Made by a program: the position numbers and the translations under genes
Notes under the pieces: generated by a model
What the model saw: only the letters and a program-made list of their open reading frames with translations
The model's database searches: none
Told to the model about the DNA's origin: nothing
In this document: positions 22,512 through 33,632 of the stretch, in pieces
Layout: each line of letters begins with the position of its first letter
Numbering within the stretch: position 1 is the stretch's first letter
Source of the DNA: Fistulifera solaris
Lineage: Eukaryota
Direction of reading: 5' to 3'
DNA: 64,000 nucleotides
NCBI GenBank assembly: GCA_030295235.1
Contig: AP026162.1
Coordinates: forward strand, 1,984,001 to 2,048,000

Positions 22512-24941
22512 TTAGATATCCTGCCACAGAAATAGCTTACCATCCGCTCCGCCGGTGAACAACCACGGCTGAGTCGGGTGGAACACGTTGGCCAAGACAC
22601 CCAACTTATTCGTCACAGCGTGTCCGCGCAGGATCTTGACCGGCACAATGAGCGGGTTTCGCATCAAATCGCTGTAGACCATGCTATGGAAGACATGGAC
22701 CGTTCCATCATCCGAGGCACTGGCCATGAGAGGATAACGATGGTGGTATCGGCAGGAACGGATGGCGCGTTCGTGATACTTTAACGTTTTAAAGGGAGTC
22801 GCGCTCAAATCAAGATCAAACCAAACCACACGACGATCTAGACTGCCCACGATGAGATGATCTCCCGATGGATGAATATCCAAAGATGAGATCCAGCGGC
22901 AACCCGACATGAGGCGCTTGATCATACTTTGTTTTACAAGATGATAGACTCGCACATGTTGCTGACTCGCGACGAACAAGAATGGCTTGTTGGGATGAAA
23001 GCAAGCCAGTTGCGTTTCACCTTTCGCCTTGCTAAAGGGCTGCTGGGATACACCCTTGCTGAGCTGATGGATCAACACAGCAGCAGCACCAGCTTTGGGA
23101 CTAATGGAAACAAAGTAGTCGCCCTTGGCCTGCCACCGGACGCTGGCCACGTCTCGGGAAGTACGCAAAACACAAATAGGTCCTGCGCTACCAGCAGCCG
23201 CGCTGAGCGGTTGTTCGCCTCGTGTGGCGTCACCTTTCACGGGATGCCACTGAACTGCTTTACCAGCTTTGGCGTTGCTGACATTACCGCCTTGTAGCGC
23301 TGCCGCAAGTAATGCTTGGGTCAGATCGGCATTTGTACGACTGGCTGTGCCCGTCGCAACAACTACGACAGAAGATCCAACGGTAGCCAATAGACAATGA
23401 TGCTCCGGATTAGGATTCCATTCCACGCAAACTACAGGGCGCGTCGAAGGTTGTTCTTCTCCCTCTGCTTTGTCTACTTCGAAACCAGCCACCAAAGAAG
23501 AAAGATCCCAGCTACGTAGCAACCGACCAGTCTGTACTTCCCAAATGCGAAGATATCCATCCGACGCCCCACTTGCCATGTACTGACCGTCTGGACTGGC
23601 GCTGATCGAGCGGATTGCCGGAGCTGTCTCGCCGTCAAAGGGCGTGACATACTCTACGCATTTCGCTGTTGGAAAAGGTTTCAAGTCGCTGGCACGAGGT
23701 AACTTAGGGACAAGACTCTCCGGATCGATATTCAAGCGGCGCTTCATGACACGAGGGCAAAGATAGAGATCCAAGCAGCGTTCAAATGCTTCGCGGACGG
23801 AGTGCTCGTATGCACCAACAGAACGCAAGTTCGGATACTTCTTCGGTATAAGAAGACCATGTGGTCTATCCTGAGGCTCCATGTCCTTCCATTCTTCAAG
23901 TTCTTTTTCACTAGGAAGATATTCATCCGGCGGAATGTAACTTTCGGCATGACCCGGCGGAGGTAGCTTGGGTGCAGCAATGTGTTGCGGCCCCTTTCGC
24001 ATGTTGAGTAAATCCTCATCATCTGCAGTCCAAATTGTGAATGGCAAATTCGGATCAGATTTCTTGTTCGCGTCGTTCATGTCTCGTATTTTTCCGGTCA
24101 AGTAATCCATATTGATGTCACCGCGCTCCAATCTTTCAAGAAGCTTGTCGACTTGCATCTTTTCGTATTGGTTTGGCTGGAAATGTGATTTTGGCTTGTA
24201 GCGATCCGCGTTCAAGCCTGATACTTCCTTATCTACACCCGAAAAGTAATCGATGTAATCCGGGTTGGCGTCGTGTTCGGGGTGGGCGAATGCACCAGCT
24301 CGAACACGTCGAATCAGTTCCAGCTGACGAGCGGAAAGTTCGACATTACGATCATTCAAAGCGTCATGAACAACAAACTTCCCCTTGGCAATATTATCTT
24401 GTTGGGCTAATGCTTGATCAATAAGATCGCCCGATTCTCCCAAACTGGCTGATTTTCCGATTTTCTTTCCATGCGCGTCATAACCGATGTGATCAAATTC
24501 ATCGTACCAATGAAGAGGTACTCGTCCGATGCGATTACCGATTCCGTCAGGATCGTCTTCATCCGAAGAAAGATCGTCTGTGTGAATAAACTCCGCAGCT
24601 TTTTCTCCGCCGTCTCCGGTTCGCTTTGCAGTTCTTTCTTTCTTCCAAGCTCGAGGAGCCTTTTCGTACGCTACAGCTATTTCGTCGTCCGAATCGTCGT
24701 CATTTTTCTGCTTTTCCAGTAAATCTTCGTCTTCATCAGAAGATCCCTGGTCTTCAAAATCATCGTCACTCTCTTCTTCGCTTTCGTTGGCATCTCCGTA
24801 ATGCAGCCCATCTTCCGAATCATAGACGCTGTCCTCGTCGTCATCCGATGACGAAGCTACGGCCTCGAGGTCGGGTGAATCATCCTCCTCGTCATCACGA
24901 GCAGTCACTTTTTCATCTTTCTTGGTTCCTTTTCTTGCCAT
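22512..24941 (-). CDS. BOP1: Ribosome biogenesis protein BOP1/Erb1
   Basis: NRIGRVPLHWYDEFDHIGYD, APKLPPPGHAESYIPPDEYL, FERCLDLYLCPR and C-terminal WD40 repeats (FHPTQPWLFTGGADG). Confidence 0.97.
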   Translation of the reverse strand: MARKGTKKDEKVTARDDEEDDSPDLEAVASSSDDDEDSVYDSEDGLHYGDANESEEESDDDFEDQGSSDEDEDLLEKQKNDDDSDDEIAVAYEKAPRAWKKERTAKRTGDGGEKAAEFIHTDDLSSDEDDPDGIGNRIGRVPLHWYDEFDHIGYDAHGKKIGKSASLGESGDLIDQALAQQDNIAKGKFVVHDALNDRNVELSARQLELIRRVRAGAFAHPEHDANPDYIDYFSGVDKEVSGLNADRYKPKSHFQPNQYEKMQVDKLLERLERGDINMDYLTGKIRDMNDANKKSDPNLPFTIWTADDEDLLNMRKGPQHIAAPKLPPPGHAESYIPPDEYLPSEKELEEWKDMEPQDRPHGLLIPKKYPNLRSVGAYEHSVREAFERCLDLYLCPRVMKRRLNIDPESLVPKLPRASDLKPFPTAKCVEYVTPFDGETAPAIRSISASPDGQYMASGASDGYLRIWEVQTGRLLRSWDLSSLVAGFEVDKAEGEEQPSTRPVVCVEWNPNPEHHCLLATVGSSVVVVATGTASRTNADLTQALLAAALQGGNVSNAKAGKAVQWHPVKGDATRGEQPLSAAAGSAGPICVLRTSRDVASVRWQAKGDYFVSISPKAGAAAVLIHQLSKGVSQQPFSKAKGETQLACFHPNKPFLFVASQQHVRVYHLVKQSMIKRLMSGCRWISSLDIHPSGDHLIVGSLDRRVVWFDLDLSATPFKTLKYHERAIRSCRYHHRYPLMASASDDGTVHVFHSMVYSDLMRNPLIVPVKILRGHAVTNKLGVLANVFHPTQPWLFTGGADGKLFLWQDI

Positions 24942-25755
24942 TATTGAGTTAAGTTGTTGCTGGATAAGAAAGACATGCACGACAACTATGGAATGAAGAA
25001 TAACATACTTTTGTTGGGTCGAGAAGATCGATGGGTGGTTCATTCTTCGAACTGGTCATGAGCCACAACAACAATTATTGCTCGATTATGGTTAGGTTAT
25101 GAATGAAGTTGTTCGTCGCTCGCCACTCGCCAGTCCGTCAGTCGTCACGGAGGTTCGACGGATACTGAATACTATGATCTATGATCTACGTATACAATAG
25201 TAAACCGTGAGTTGACCAAGACTGACTCAACATTCAACCTTCAACAGTCAGTGAGAAACCGGACTACAGAATAGGCGTAGAGTAGCTTTGAAATCATAAG
25301 TCATAAGTCGTTCTATACGTCATGTATTATGTCGTTCGTCTTATTGTTTCTTCTCGTAATGCCAGCGAGAGACTACTTTACTATTTACAGTGAATTTAAC
25401 ACTCAATACTGCAATGTACTCATTCAAGCTTCAAAGAGTAATAACAACTTCTAGATTTGTCAGCGGAAGAGACAGCCGGTTTTTGAATCTCACAGATTCA
25501 CAGCTATACCATGAACTGTAGCCGAACCCCGAAATCTTGACAGTGTTTTCGGTTCTCGTCGTGCTTTTTTCGAGAGACCGTGCAAGAGCCGTGCCACATG
25601 CCAAATGCCAAGCGATTGTTGCACTGTTGTTGCGCCAATCTGTCCGAACTCCTCTCAGAATTAGACTAGTAAAAGGAAAGGATCATAACAAACAGAATCG
25701 CTTCATTTCAATCCATTGATTAGAAACAAGACGCTACGTTAAATTGATCATCAGC

Positions 25756-26418
25756 ATGTCATTCCGTCACAACAAGAGAAGCAAACGAAGGAGAACGATG
25801 GTAACTGCGCTGCTTTTCGATCACGATGAATCGAGCTGTGAGCTTGCGAACGATGCTGTTCCGGATCTTGTTCATGATTCGGATAGCAGTAGCTGCAGTA
25901 GTTTTTCTCCTGTCAAGTCATCTTTAACGAGTATAACGTCAGTGGCGAGTCATGATGATGAATTACTACGAATCATCAGCGATGCAGCGGATGCACGTGA
26001 TGATAGTTGTGCAATAAAGAAAGATACATGTTCCGAACCCTACCACCGTGCCAAACAAGTATCGTGGGGAACGCTCAATATCAAAATGTACCCCATTATA
26101 TGCGGCGATCATCCGGATTGCGTACATGGACCCCCGCTAACGATAGCATGGGATCATGTCGCGGAAGTCACCAAATCCATTGACGAGGTTGAACTGCAAC
26201 GCTCCAGTCCATCCAGTCCAGCAACACGTCTCAACTGGCTCGCTCGTCGTCAGCTCGTTCGAAGTCTTGGTGCTACGTACGAAGACATTGATGAAGCCCA
26301 GAAAGAGTCACGGCGATGCCGGTTGCAGCGCGAAGCGACTCTGGCGCGGCTCCGCTTTCATGATTGGCGAGAAAAAATCTTTCGGCGACTCGGGCGCACA
26401 TTTCATGTGAAAGCCTAA
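25756..26418 (+). CDS. Diatom-type hypothetical protein (VxW/F...Y...GDHP...GPPLTIxW family)
   Basis: KQVSWGTLNIKMYPIICGDHPDCVHGPPLTIAWD followed by RR..L...G.T..DI, a pattern I recognise as common in diatom hypothetical proteins. Confidence 0.65.
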   Translation: MSFRHNKRSKRRRTMVTALLFDHDESSCELANDAVPDLVHDSDSSSCSSFSPVKSSLTSITSVASHDDELLRIISDAADARDDSCAIKKDTCSEPYHRAKQVSWGTLNIKMYPIICGDHPDCVHGPPLTIAWDHVAEVTKSIDEVELQRSSPSSPATRLNWLARRQLVRSLGATYEDIDEAQKESRRCRLQREATLARLRFHDWREKIFRRLGRTFHVKA

Positions 26419-27591
26419 AACTCCAGGAACAAACGAATTGCATCTTGAACATAGAATACACAAAGCAAACAATTGTTTTACATGATAGAAAAAGTTATGT
26501 ATCATTGATACAAGTCTCTCACTTTCGAACTAATTCTCATCTACGTTACTAACTTATCTTGTCAAAGTATCTGAGAAGTAAGGCTATCTATCTAGACTGG
26601 TACAGGCAGTTGTTGTTAATCGAATACTGTGAATCGCGCGTCAATCGATGATTGATGATATCGGCGTTCGAGAGAGACCAGAGTAACACAAAGAACAATA
26701 TCATTTTGTCGACGTATCACGCGAGAGAAAGAAGCGGGATATCGAAATCTTCTAAGAAAGAATCACGCTTACGGATCATTTTTTAGCATGGCAATCAGTG
26801 CATAATTTCCTTTTCGATTGTGTAAAAGACGAAAAATGGAATGTGAGAAACTAAATACAGCATGTTCCGCCGTTATGACTCGATCAATTCTCAATCAAGG
26901 AAGCAAAGATTTGCGTTCTGACTGTCAAGTCATGAGAATCAGCCTTAAGGACAGCGAGACGAATGAATCGACTGGACCAGCAAAACGCCAGTGTAAAGTC
27001 AATCCTCGTACATTTTGTTCTTCCAAAGTGTCTGGGCGTTGCAGTTACGGCTCTCTATGTTCGCCAAAGAAAGCGATCCACAGAGGTCCTGAACGCAATG
27101 ATCTCTGGAGTCGAATCTTTTTCAGTCAAGAGTTTCACGTACCAAACAATTGTGAATTCGAGAGAAGCATCACCTTTGAGTCAAGAAGTTTCTACCGTCA
27201 CTACTGGTGCATGCGATCCTCTTTCTCTGGGAACAAGCTTTAGAGCCTTCACTCATATCGGCATCGTTTGCGGATATAACGTTATTGATCCTTTTGTCAT
27301 TCTACTTTCCGCAAAATGGCATGGTGGTTCGGTGTTATTTTTTGTGAGGATCGAGGATTGCTTGGTTGTCAATTTTCGTCCGGATACCCACTCTCTAAGA
27401 GATAGTCATAAGGACCGGTGCGACTCTTGTCCTGTCAGCCGTCCGCCGCTCTAGACGATGCGGTTTGCGACCCCGCCGCGCATTGTCGACCATGATGATG
27501 AGCCGCGAGCGCTTGTTATTAATAAAAATAGACCATTATCATTCGTTCTGTTCGTTATCTACCAAATACGATCGATTGATTAAGCAGCATC

Positions 27592-30500
27592 ATGAGCAAG
27601 AAATTCTTTCGACCCACTGCGGAAAATTTTGAAGACTCCGACGATGACGATGATGAATCGGACCAGGACGAGGCATTGGGAGAGGATGCCGCCCCCAAGC
27701 GCAGTGTCAATGCGAATCTCAGTGACGATGACGAAGATGATGAAGACGAAGACGACGATGATGAAGACGACGACGAAGAGGAAGATAAAAATCAAAAGAA
27801 ACGGAAAGCGTCTTCCGGAGGTGCTAGAGACAAGAAACGATCAAAAGCCATGTCCTTTTTTTGAACTGGAAGCCGAAGCCAGCGATGATGACGACGACGA
27901 TGATGACGGATACAGGGGAAAGAACAAAGACGACGAAAACATGGATGCTGAAGCGCAGGAAATAATTCGACAGCAAGATCGCCGTCGTGCGCAAGCGGGC
28001 CGCTTTGGTGAACGGTCCGTGGCCGATATTGCTCGAGATCTCGAAGAACGCCACCGCATGCAGAACCGGACGGTGCATCGCTCTCGCATTGTGGATCATC
28101 CTGTAAGTGCAGTGCCGGCGAAGGGAGGGTCTCGACCTACCGCTATGCCTCGAGTTTCCCAGACGACCGCAGCCGATCTGGCGGAAGAAGCGCCGGAAAT
28201 GTACACCAACGCTGTCGCACAACAAAGTCTAGTTCCGTCCGTCAAGGATCCAAGCTTCTGGATGGTTTCCTGTGCGAACGGAAAGGAGCAGGAGCTGGTC
28301 ATGCAGCTTATGAATAAATGCGTCGCCATGGCCAGACAAGGCAACCCTCTGGGTATTACCGGTGCCATTGCGGCGCAGAGCAAGGGAAAAATTTACGTCG
28401 AGAGTTTCAGTGAACCCGCTGTCATGGAAGCGATACAGGGTGTGAGAGGTTTACTTCAATACACCATGCGCCTTGTACCGATCCAGGATATGACTACCGT
28501 CATGACAGTGGTTTCCAAGAAGAAACCGGTGAAAAAGAATGAATGGGTACGGATGACACGTGGTCACTACAAAGGAGATTTAGCTCTAGTGAAAGATGTC
28601 AAGGAATCTGGACTCAAATGCATCATTCAATGCATCCCCCGTCTTGACCTTACTCTTGCGGATTTGCCGCCGGAAGAAGCACGTATTCGTCGCAAAACAA
28701 TCCGTCCTCCGAAAAGGTTCTTCAATCCGCAAGAGCTTGCATCCTTGGGACGGCAGAGCTTACGTCGTCAGCGCTTTCCAGGTCTCGATGTGTACTGTGA
28801 CTATTTCGAGGGAAATTTTTACCAGGATGGCTATTTGCTCAAGGAGATGACGGTGGGATCTATGGTCAAGCCGTGTTCTGAAGAAGATCCACCGACTTTG
28901 GAAGAGCTTCAGAGCTTTCAGCGCCGCAAGTCCAAAAAGGATTCTGAATACGATGACTACGATGATGGTGAAGAGGAGAATGAGGGATCGAAAGTTGCTG
29001 CTTCTCTTTTGGACGAGTTATCCGACCTTCAGGGCAAAACAGGTCTTGGAAGCAAGACCTCCGATGGTGGATTAATGATTGGTGATACTGTTGAAGTGAT
29101 TGAGGGTGATCTGATTGGTATGAGAGGAAAATTGATCAGTTTAGACGGGTCCACTGTTAAAATAAAGCCACATGCTGCCAATATTGACCTTGGAGGCATG
29201 GACGAAGTTGAATTTTTGATTGGTCAGGTGCGAAAATATATCCCAGTCGGAGCGCATGTGAAAGTCACCGACGGTCGCTACGCGAATGAAACAGGAGTTG
29301 TTGTAGCTGTGGAAAAGTTGGATGGCGAGTCAGATTTCACTGCTGTTGTTTTGACGGATGTTACGAATAAAGAAGTATCGGTTCGCACTTCACAGTTGCG
29401 TGAATCAGCGGAAATTGCATCTGGTCAGGATAGACTATCGGGCTATGAACTGTATGATTTGGTCGTATTGAGTGGAGGTGGATCGGCAAATGAAGTTGGT
29501 GTGATCGTTAGAGTTGGAAGAGAAGATTTCACTGTAATTAACAACCATGGCCTGGCTCGTGAAGTACGACCTGAAGAGCTTCGAGGAAAACGGAACTCCA
29601 CCTCTGTTCGTGCGGTGGCGCTAGATGTCCAAGGAAATCAAATTAGGTGCGGAGATACAGTGAACGTCGCGGAGGGACCTCACAAGGGCAAATCTGCAAC
29701 CATCAAGCGCATGAGCCGAGCCCAGCTCTTTTACATTCACAGACACGATCGGAGCATGCTGGTATTTTTGTCGTCCGAAGTCGAAGCTGTGTTCTTTCCG
29801 GTTCTAGACAACAGAGCAGAGGTCCAGGAATGGATGGAGGTGTAAGTCCCTTTGCTACGCCTCAGTCACAGACAACACGAGGCCCTGTGGGCGGACGTGG
29901 TAACAAAGATGACGGACTCATTGGAAAAACAGTTCGGGTGCAGGCAGGTCAATGGAAAGGCTATATTGGCACTGTGACTGATACTACAGCAACACATGTG
30001 CAAGTAGAATTGCACTCTCGCTTGAAGAAGGTTCTAGTTGTTCGGGAAAAAGTCATCGTCGTGGGTGACAAGTTTGGCGCAACCTCTGCTGAATCTCAGG
30101 CAATAGATTCAATGGAATCGAACCATATTTCTCAAGCAATGGCAACACCCATGCACACTGTTGGCGGTGCAACACCTGCTCATGGATTTGGTGGAGCGAC
30201 GCCTTCCCACGATTCAGGAGTGTCCGACGAAGTGTGGCGCCCTGGAGGAGCTGTCGATCAAGAAGCAATTAAAGACGACGGATGGGGTTCCTCCGCTGCG
30301 TACGGAGGCGTCTCTGACAGCTATCACGACAACGGGACAGTGTATTCTGATATACCGCGAGACGATGGATGGGGCGCTCCAGCTAATACAGGATGGGGCT
30401 CTGCACCGTCTACTGCTCCAACAAGAGACTCGCAGTCGGCTAGTTCTCGAGCTCCAGTTAAACACGAGCAAGCAGATGATATGGAAGAGACTCCTGTGTG

Positions 30501-30807
30501 GTTCATGGAACGAGTTTGGATCAAGTTGAAGGGTTCTGATGCTGTTGCAGTTATTAAAGACATCAATCCGGACAAGTCTGCACTTGTCGAGTTAGAAGAC
30601 AAAAGTACTCGAACAATTAGATCAAGTGAGGCCATGATGGTTCCGCCAGTTGAACACGACACTGTATTAGTGACGGGTGGCAACGAAATCGGTTTGGAAG
30701 GGTCGCTTGTGTGTGTCGATGGAACTGATGCTATTCTCAAAATCATGAACGATGAGTTTAAGATCATCGACTTCGTCCATCTGGTAAAAATATCCGCAGA
30801 CAATTAA
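27592..30807 (+). CDS. SPT5: Transcription elongation factor SPT5
   Basis: Acidic N-terminus with FFELEAE, LVPSVKDPSFWMVSC NGN domain, multiple KOW motifs and GGATP repeats. Single-base indels fall in T runs at 27856-27862 and 29729-29732. Confidence 0.96.
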
Positions 30808-30851
30808 CAGACGAAAAAGATTTATGAACTATAAGTTTGCCTCAATTCTGG

Positions 30852-32768
30852 TTACTCGTAAAAGTTCTTATGCTTTTTTAGGCTCTTTGCAATTATCTTC
30901 TGCATCAAAAGAAAGTGATCAAAGTGTTCCCATATCTTGGTATGGGCGTACCAGTTGGTCAGCGAGTGCTCGTCCGTACCGGCCCAAAATGTCCGTATCT
31001 TTCCGAACCGATGCGTCCAAAAAGCATCCGTTTGGACAGGTTCCCCAGCTGGTTGGATGTTCAATTCTAGACTACCCCTACGAACATTGGCGCAGCGAAA
31101 GTATACGCACCGTTCTGACTCCAGAAAATCCTGAAGTGGCGAAGTGTTTTCTTTCTCCACTTGACTGGTGACTGAGTTGGCAACTGCAAATAAGGATCGC
31201 GAATGATGAGCGCTAGGAGCGGCGTTTGCCTTTTTCTTGGTCCACTGAATATTGTGTGTTGAATCGGTAAAGGCTATGGCGCGGAAATGTGTCAGCACCT
31301 CCTCCGACTTGTCCAGCAAGTAGCGGGCCATGTGGCCACCGGAAGCTGAATGCGATACGACATAAAGACCGGTTGCGTGCAAAGAATCCTTCATTCTGTG
31401 ATAGTAATAATCCATGCATTTCGTAAAGGTAATAAATCCATTCGTATCGCCGTGCACATTTGGATCCAATACTATGACATGAATGCCTCGAGCTGCTGCT
31501 TCCCTGACCAAGGGAATCGCTGTTGCTGATTCCAGTCCCGAGCACATCATATGCCTACGCGAGAAAATGCCCGCCCGCACCTTGCCTCGACCGGTTGCAA
31601 TTAATAACGTGGGACGATCTTCTTCCTCCGCATCTGCCGTACTCTCCTCTTTTGACACTGTATGTCCTTTGCTGACCATCATGCGAATGTCCTCTTTCTG
31701 ACCACTGGCAGATACTGTCTCTACGGTGAGCCATTCAAGGTCCCCTTCTTGACACATGCAATCCTGTGCGTACTCCTGACACAGCCGAGTCACTTCTTCG
31801 TACATGTCTCCGTCAGCACAAAACTGTTTGCGATTTTCTTCAGTGACGACGAGGCCACTGGGGATATGGAAAAGCCGCTGCATGCATTCATGGCATAGAA
31901 GTTTGTCATGATGAATCACAAGGCTGTCTTCTCCGTCATTTTGTGACGAGGATTGCGAACCAATAGGCTCCGACGTACAGCATAGATCGCTTGGTTGATC
32001 TGCAGCATAGGCCGCAGCAGGGTGCTCTTCCTTGTGTCGGTCACAAGGGACTAACCGATATTCCAAATCCAAAGCTTTCAAGCCTTCTTTTCCGTGCAAA
32101 AGACGGATACGCTCTGTTTGATCCTTTATCTTTTGATGATGCTCCTCCACCGATTGGCACCCATACAGCAGTACAGCCTCCTTCTTTTCGGGAACGTGCT
32201 GCTTTTCGTGATGGTTTCTAGAATGAGAATGATGTCGCTGAAACAAAAAGTCATCAACTGCCTTGAAGAAATGTAGAAATGCGTTTCCTTTGGTCGGTCT
32301 GACCAAAGCATTATGATGCCGGCCATCTTGGGACTCATCGTTGTCGATTGACGGCGGTGGTGGTTCTTCATCTACTGTTGGCATGTTTGTTTGATTCTGC
32401 GATGTTAATTGATCGTCTCTTATTGTTTGATCCTCTTTGTCGGAAGTGAGCTGATCATCATGGAGCGAGACCGTTGGTTCTCGATCGTGATGAAAGAAAT
32501 GCATTCGTTTGAGACCTCCATGCCAGGAATTGGCTCTCCGGCGCTGCCTTTCCTTCCGTTGCAGTGGAGGAGACATGGCATGTTTGGATAAAAAAATTTC
32601 TATCCGACGACGATGGCGCTTCGGAGATGATAGCGAGGGTATTTCAGGAGAAGTCGGCTGTTCTGCGCACAGTTTCGATTCGACGCCGGCCCCGGAATCG
32701 GTTATTTCACCCGTGTTTCCATTCTCGTGACGTTGAACAGCTGCCGCTTTGTGATGAAGCAAGCGCAT
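30852..32768 (-). CDS. FAM172/Arb2-domain alpha/beta-hydrolase-fold protein
   Basis: GRGKVRAGIFSRR, VIVLDPN, SHSASGG, AIAFTDSTH and WAGTDEHSLTN match FAM172/Arb2 motifs. Confidence 0.8.
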   Translation of the reverse strand: MRLLHHKAAAVQRHENGNTGEITDSGAGVESKLCAEQPTSPEIPSLSSPKRHRRRIEIFLSKHAMSPPLQRKERQRRRANSWHGGLKRMHFFHHDREPTVSLHDDQLTSDKEDQTIRDDQLTSQNQTNMPTVDEEPPPPSIDNDESQDGRHHNALVRPTKGNAFLHFFKAVDDFLFQRHHSHSRNHHEKQHVPEKKEAVLLYGCQSVEEHHQKIKDQTERIRLLHGKEGLKALDLEYRLVPCDRHKEEHPAAAYAADQPSDLCCTSEPIGSQSSSQNDGEDSLVIHHDKLLCHECMQRLFHIPSGLVVTEENRKQFCADGDMYEEVTRLCQEYAQDCMCQEGDLEWLTVETVSASGQKEDIRMMVSKGHTVSKEESTADAEEEDRPTLLIATGRGKVRAGIFSRRHMMCSGLESATAIPLVREAAARGIHVIVLDPNVHGDTNGFITFTKCMDYYYHRMKDSLHATGLYVVSHSASGGHMARYLLDKSEEVLTHFRAIAFTDSTHNIQWTKKKANAAPSAHHSRSLFAVANSVTSQVEKENTSPLQDFLESERCVYFRCANVRRGSLELNIQPAGEPVQTDAFWTHRFGKIRTFWAGTDEHSLTNWYAHTKIWEHFDHFLLMQKIIAKSLKKHKNFYE

Positions 32769-33185
32769 AATGGCAAAGCTCCTCTATTGCGTATTTGTAA
32801 GAAAAAATGGTCCGATAGTTCTCTTGGTGCTTTAGTGGTTATTTATTCATTCACATCTAAAAGCAATGCAAAAGTCGAAAAACCGAAGCACGGCTTCAAT
32901 ATTTTGACGTGTTCAAGTCAGTCACGAGCTTTGAGTACCGTAAGGGGGAAGAATCTCTTGGAAAGAGTATGGGTGAAGTTTCCGACTACTCCGTATGTTG
33001 TTCCGACTAATTGTTCATTTTGGCAATTGTAGCATTCATTATTCATTTTAAAACCTTTGGTAACAAACCAAAAGGAATGTTTCATCGGTCTCAATCGTTG
33101 TTGCTATTCTTTTGGATGAAAATTGGTAGCCGCGGTTTTGGAATCAGTTCAAGACTTCGTCAACAGCGGCATCCAGTTTGAAAAA

Positions 33186-33335
33186 ACGCCCATATTTTCT
33201 GAAAACGTGAAAGCATCACACCCCCATTTTTTCTGGAGACGTGAAAACACCACACTCCCATTTTTTCTGGGTACGTGGAAGCCACGCCCATTTTTTGGAC
33301 ACCCATATTTTCCGGAGAAGTGAAAATACAACATC
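33186..33335 (+). repeat. Short degenerate tandem repeat (~30-35 bp unit CCCAT(A/T)TTTTCTG...ACGTGAAA..CA)
   Basis: Five CCCAT(A/T)TTTT starts within ~150 bp, three followed by ACGTG. Confidence 0.8.
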
Positions 33336-33632
33336 AAGGGGTATGCACCACGCACCACGCTCCCAGACCTTTGGCCCAGACTTTCTGTGGACTTGAGGAC
33401 AACAAATATCCAGATTTTCTGTAAAATTTTTTTGCCTTCTTTTGTCACTGGCGTCCGTCCGTCATCGCGTCGGTCTCGTTGATCGAGCACTTCCGCGGTT
33501 TGCTCCTTTCCCTCCACTCAAAAAGATTCATTCTTTGGCTTTTTTGTTGTCGTTGTGGTGCGCGTCTTTCTTTTGCATCATATAGACTACTGTTTCATTT
33601 TTTGTTATCAGTCACAATTTTCTTTTGCGAAA

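Noticed and set aside
26818..27454. ORFs of 141 and 163 aa upstream of SPT5
   Set aside because: No domain-like signal or coding-like composition.
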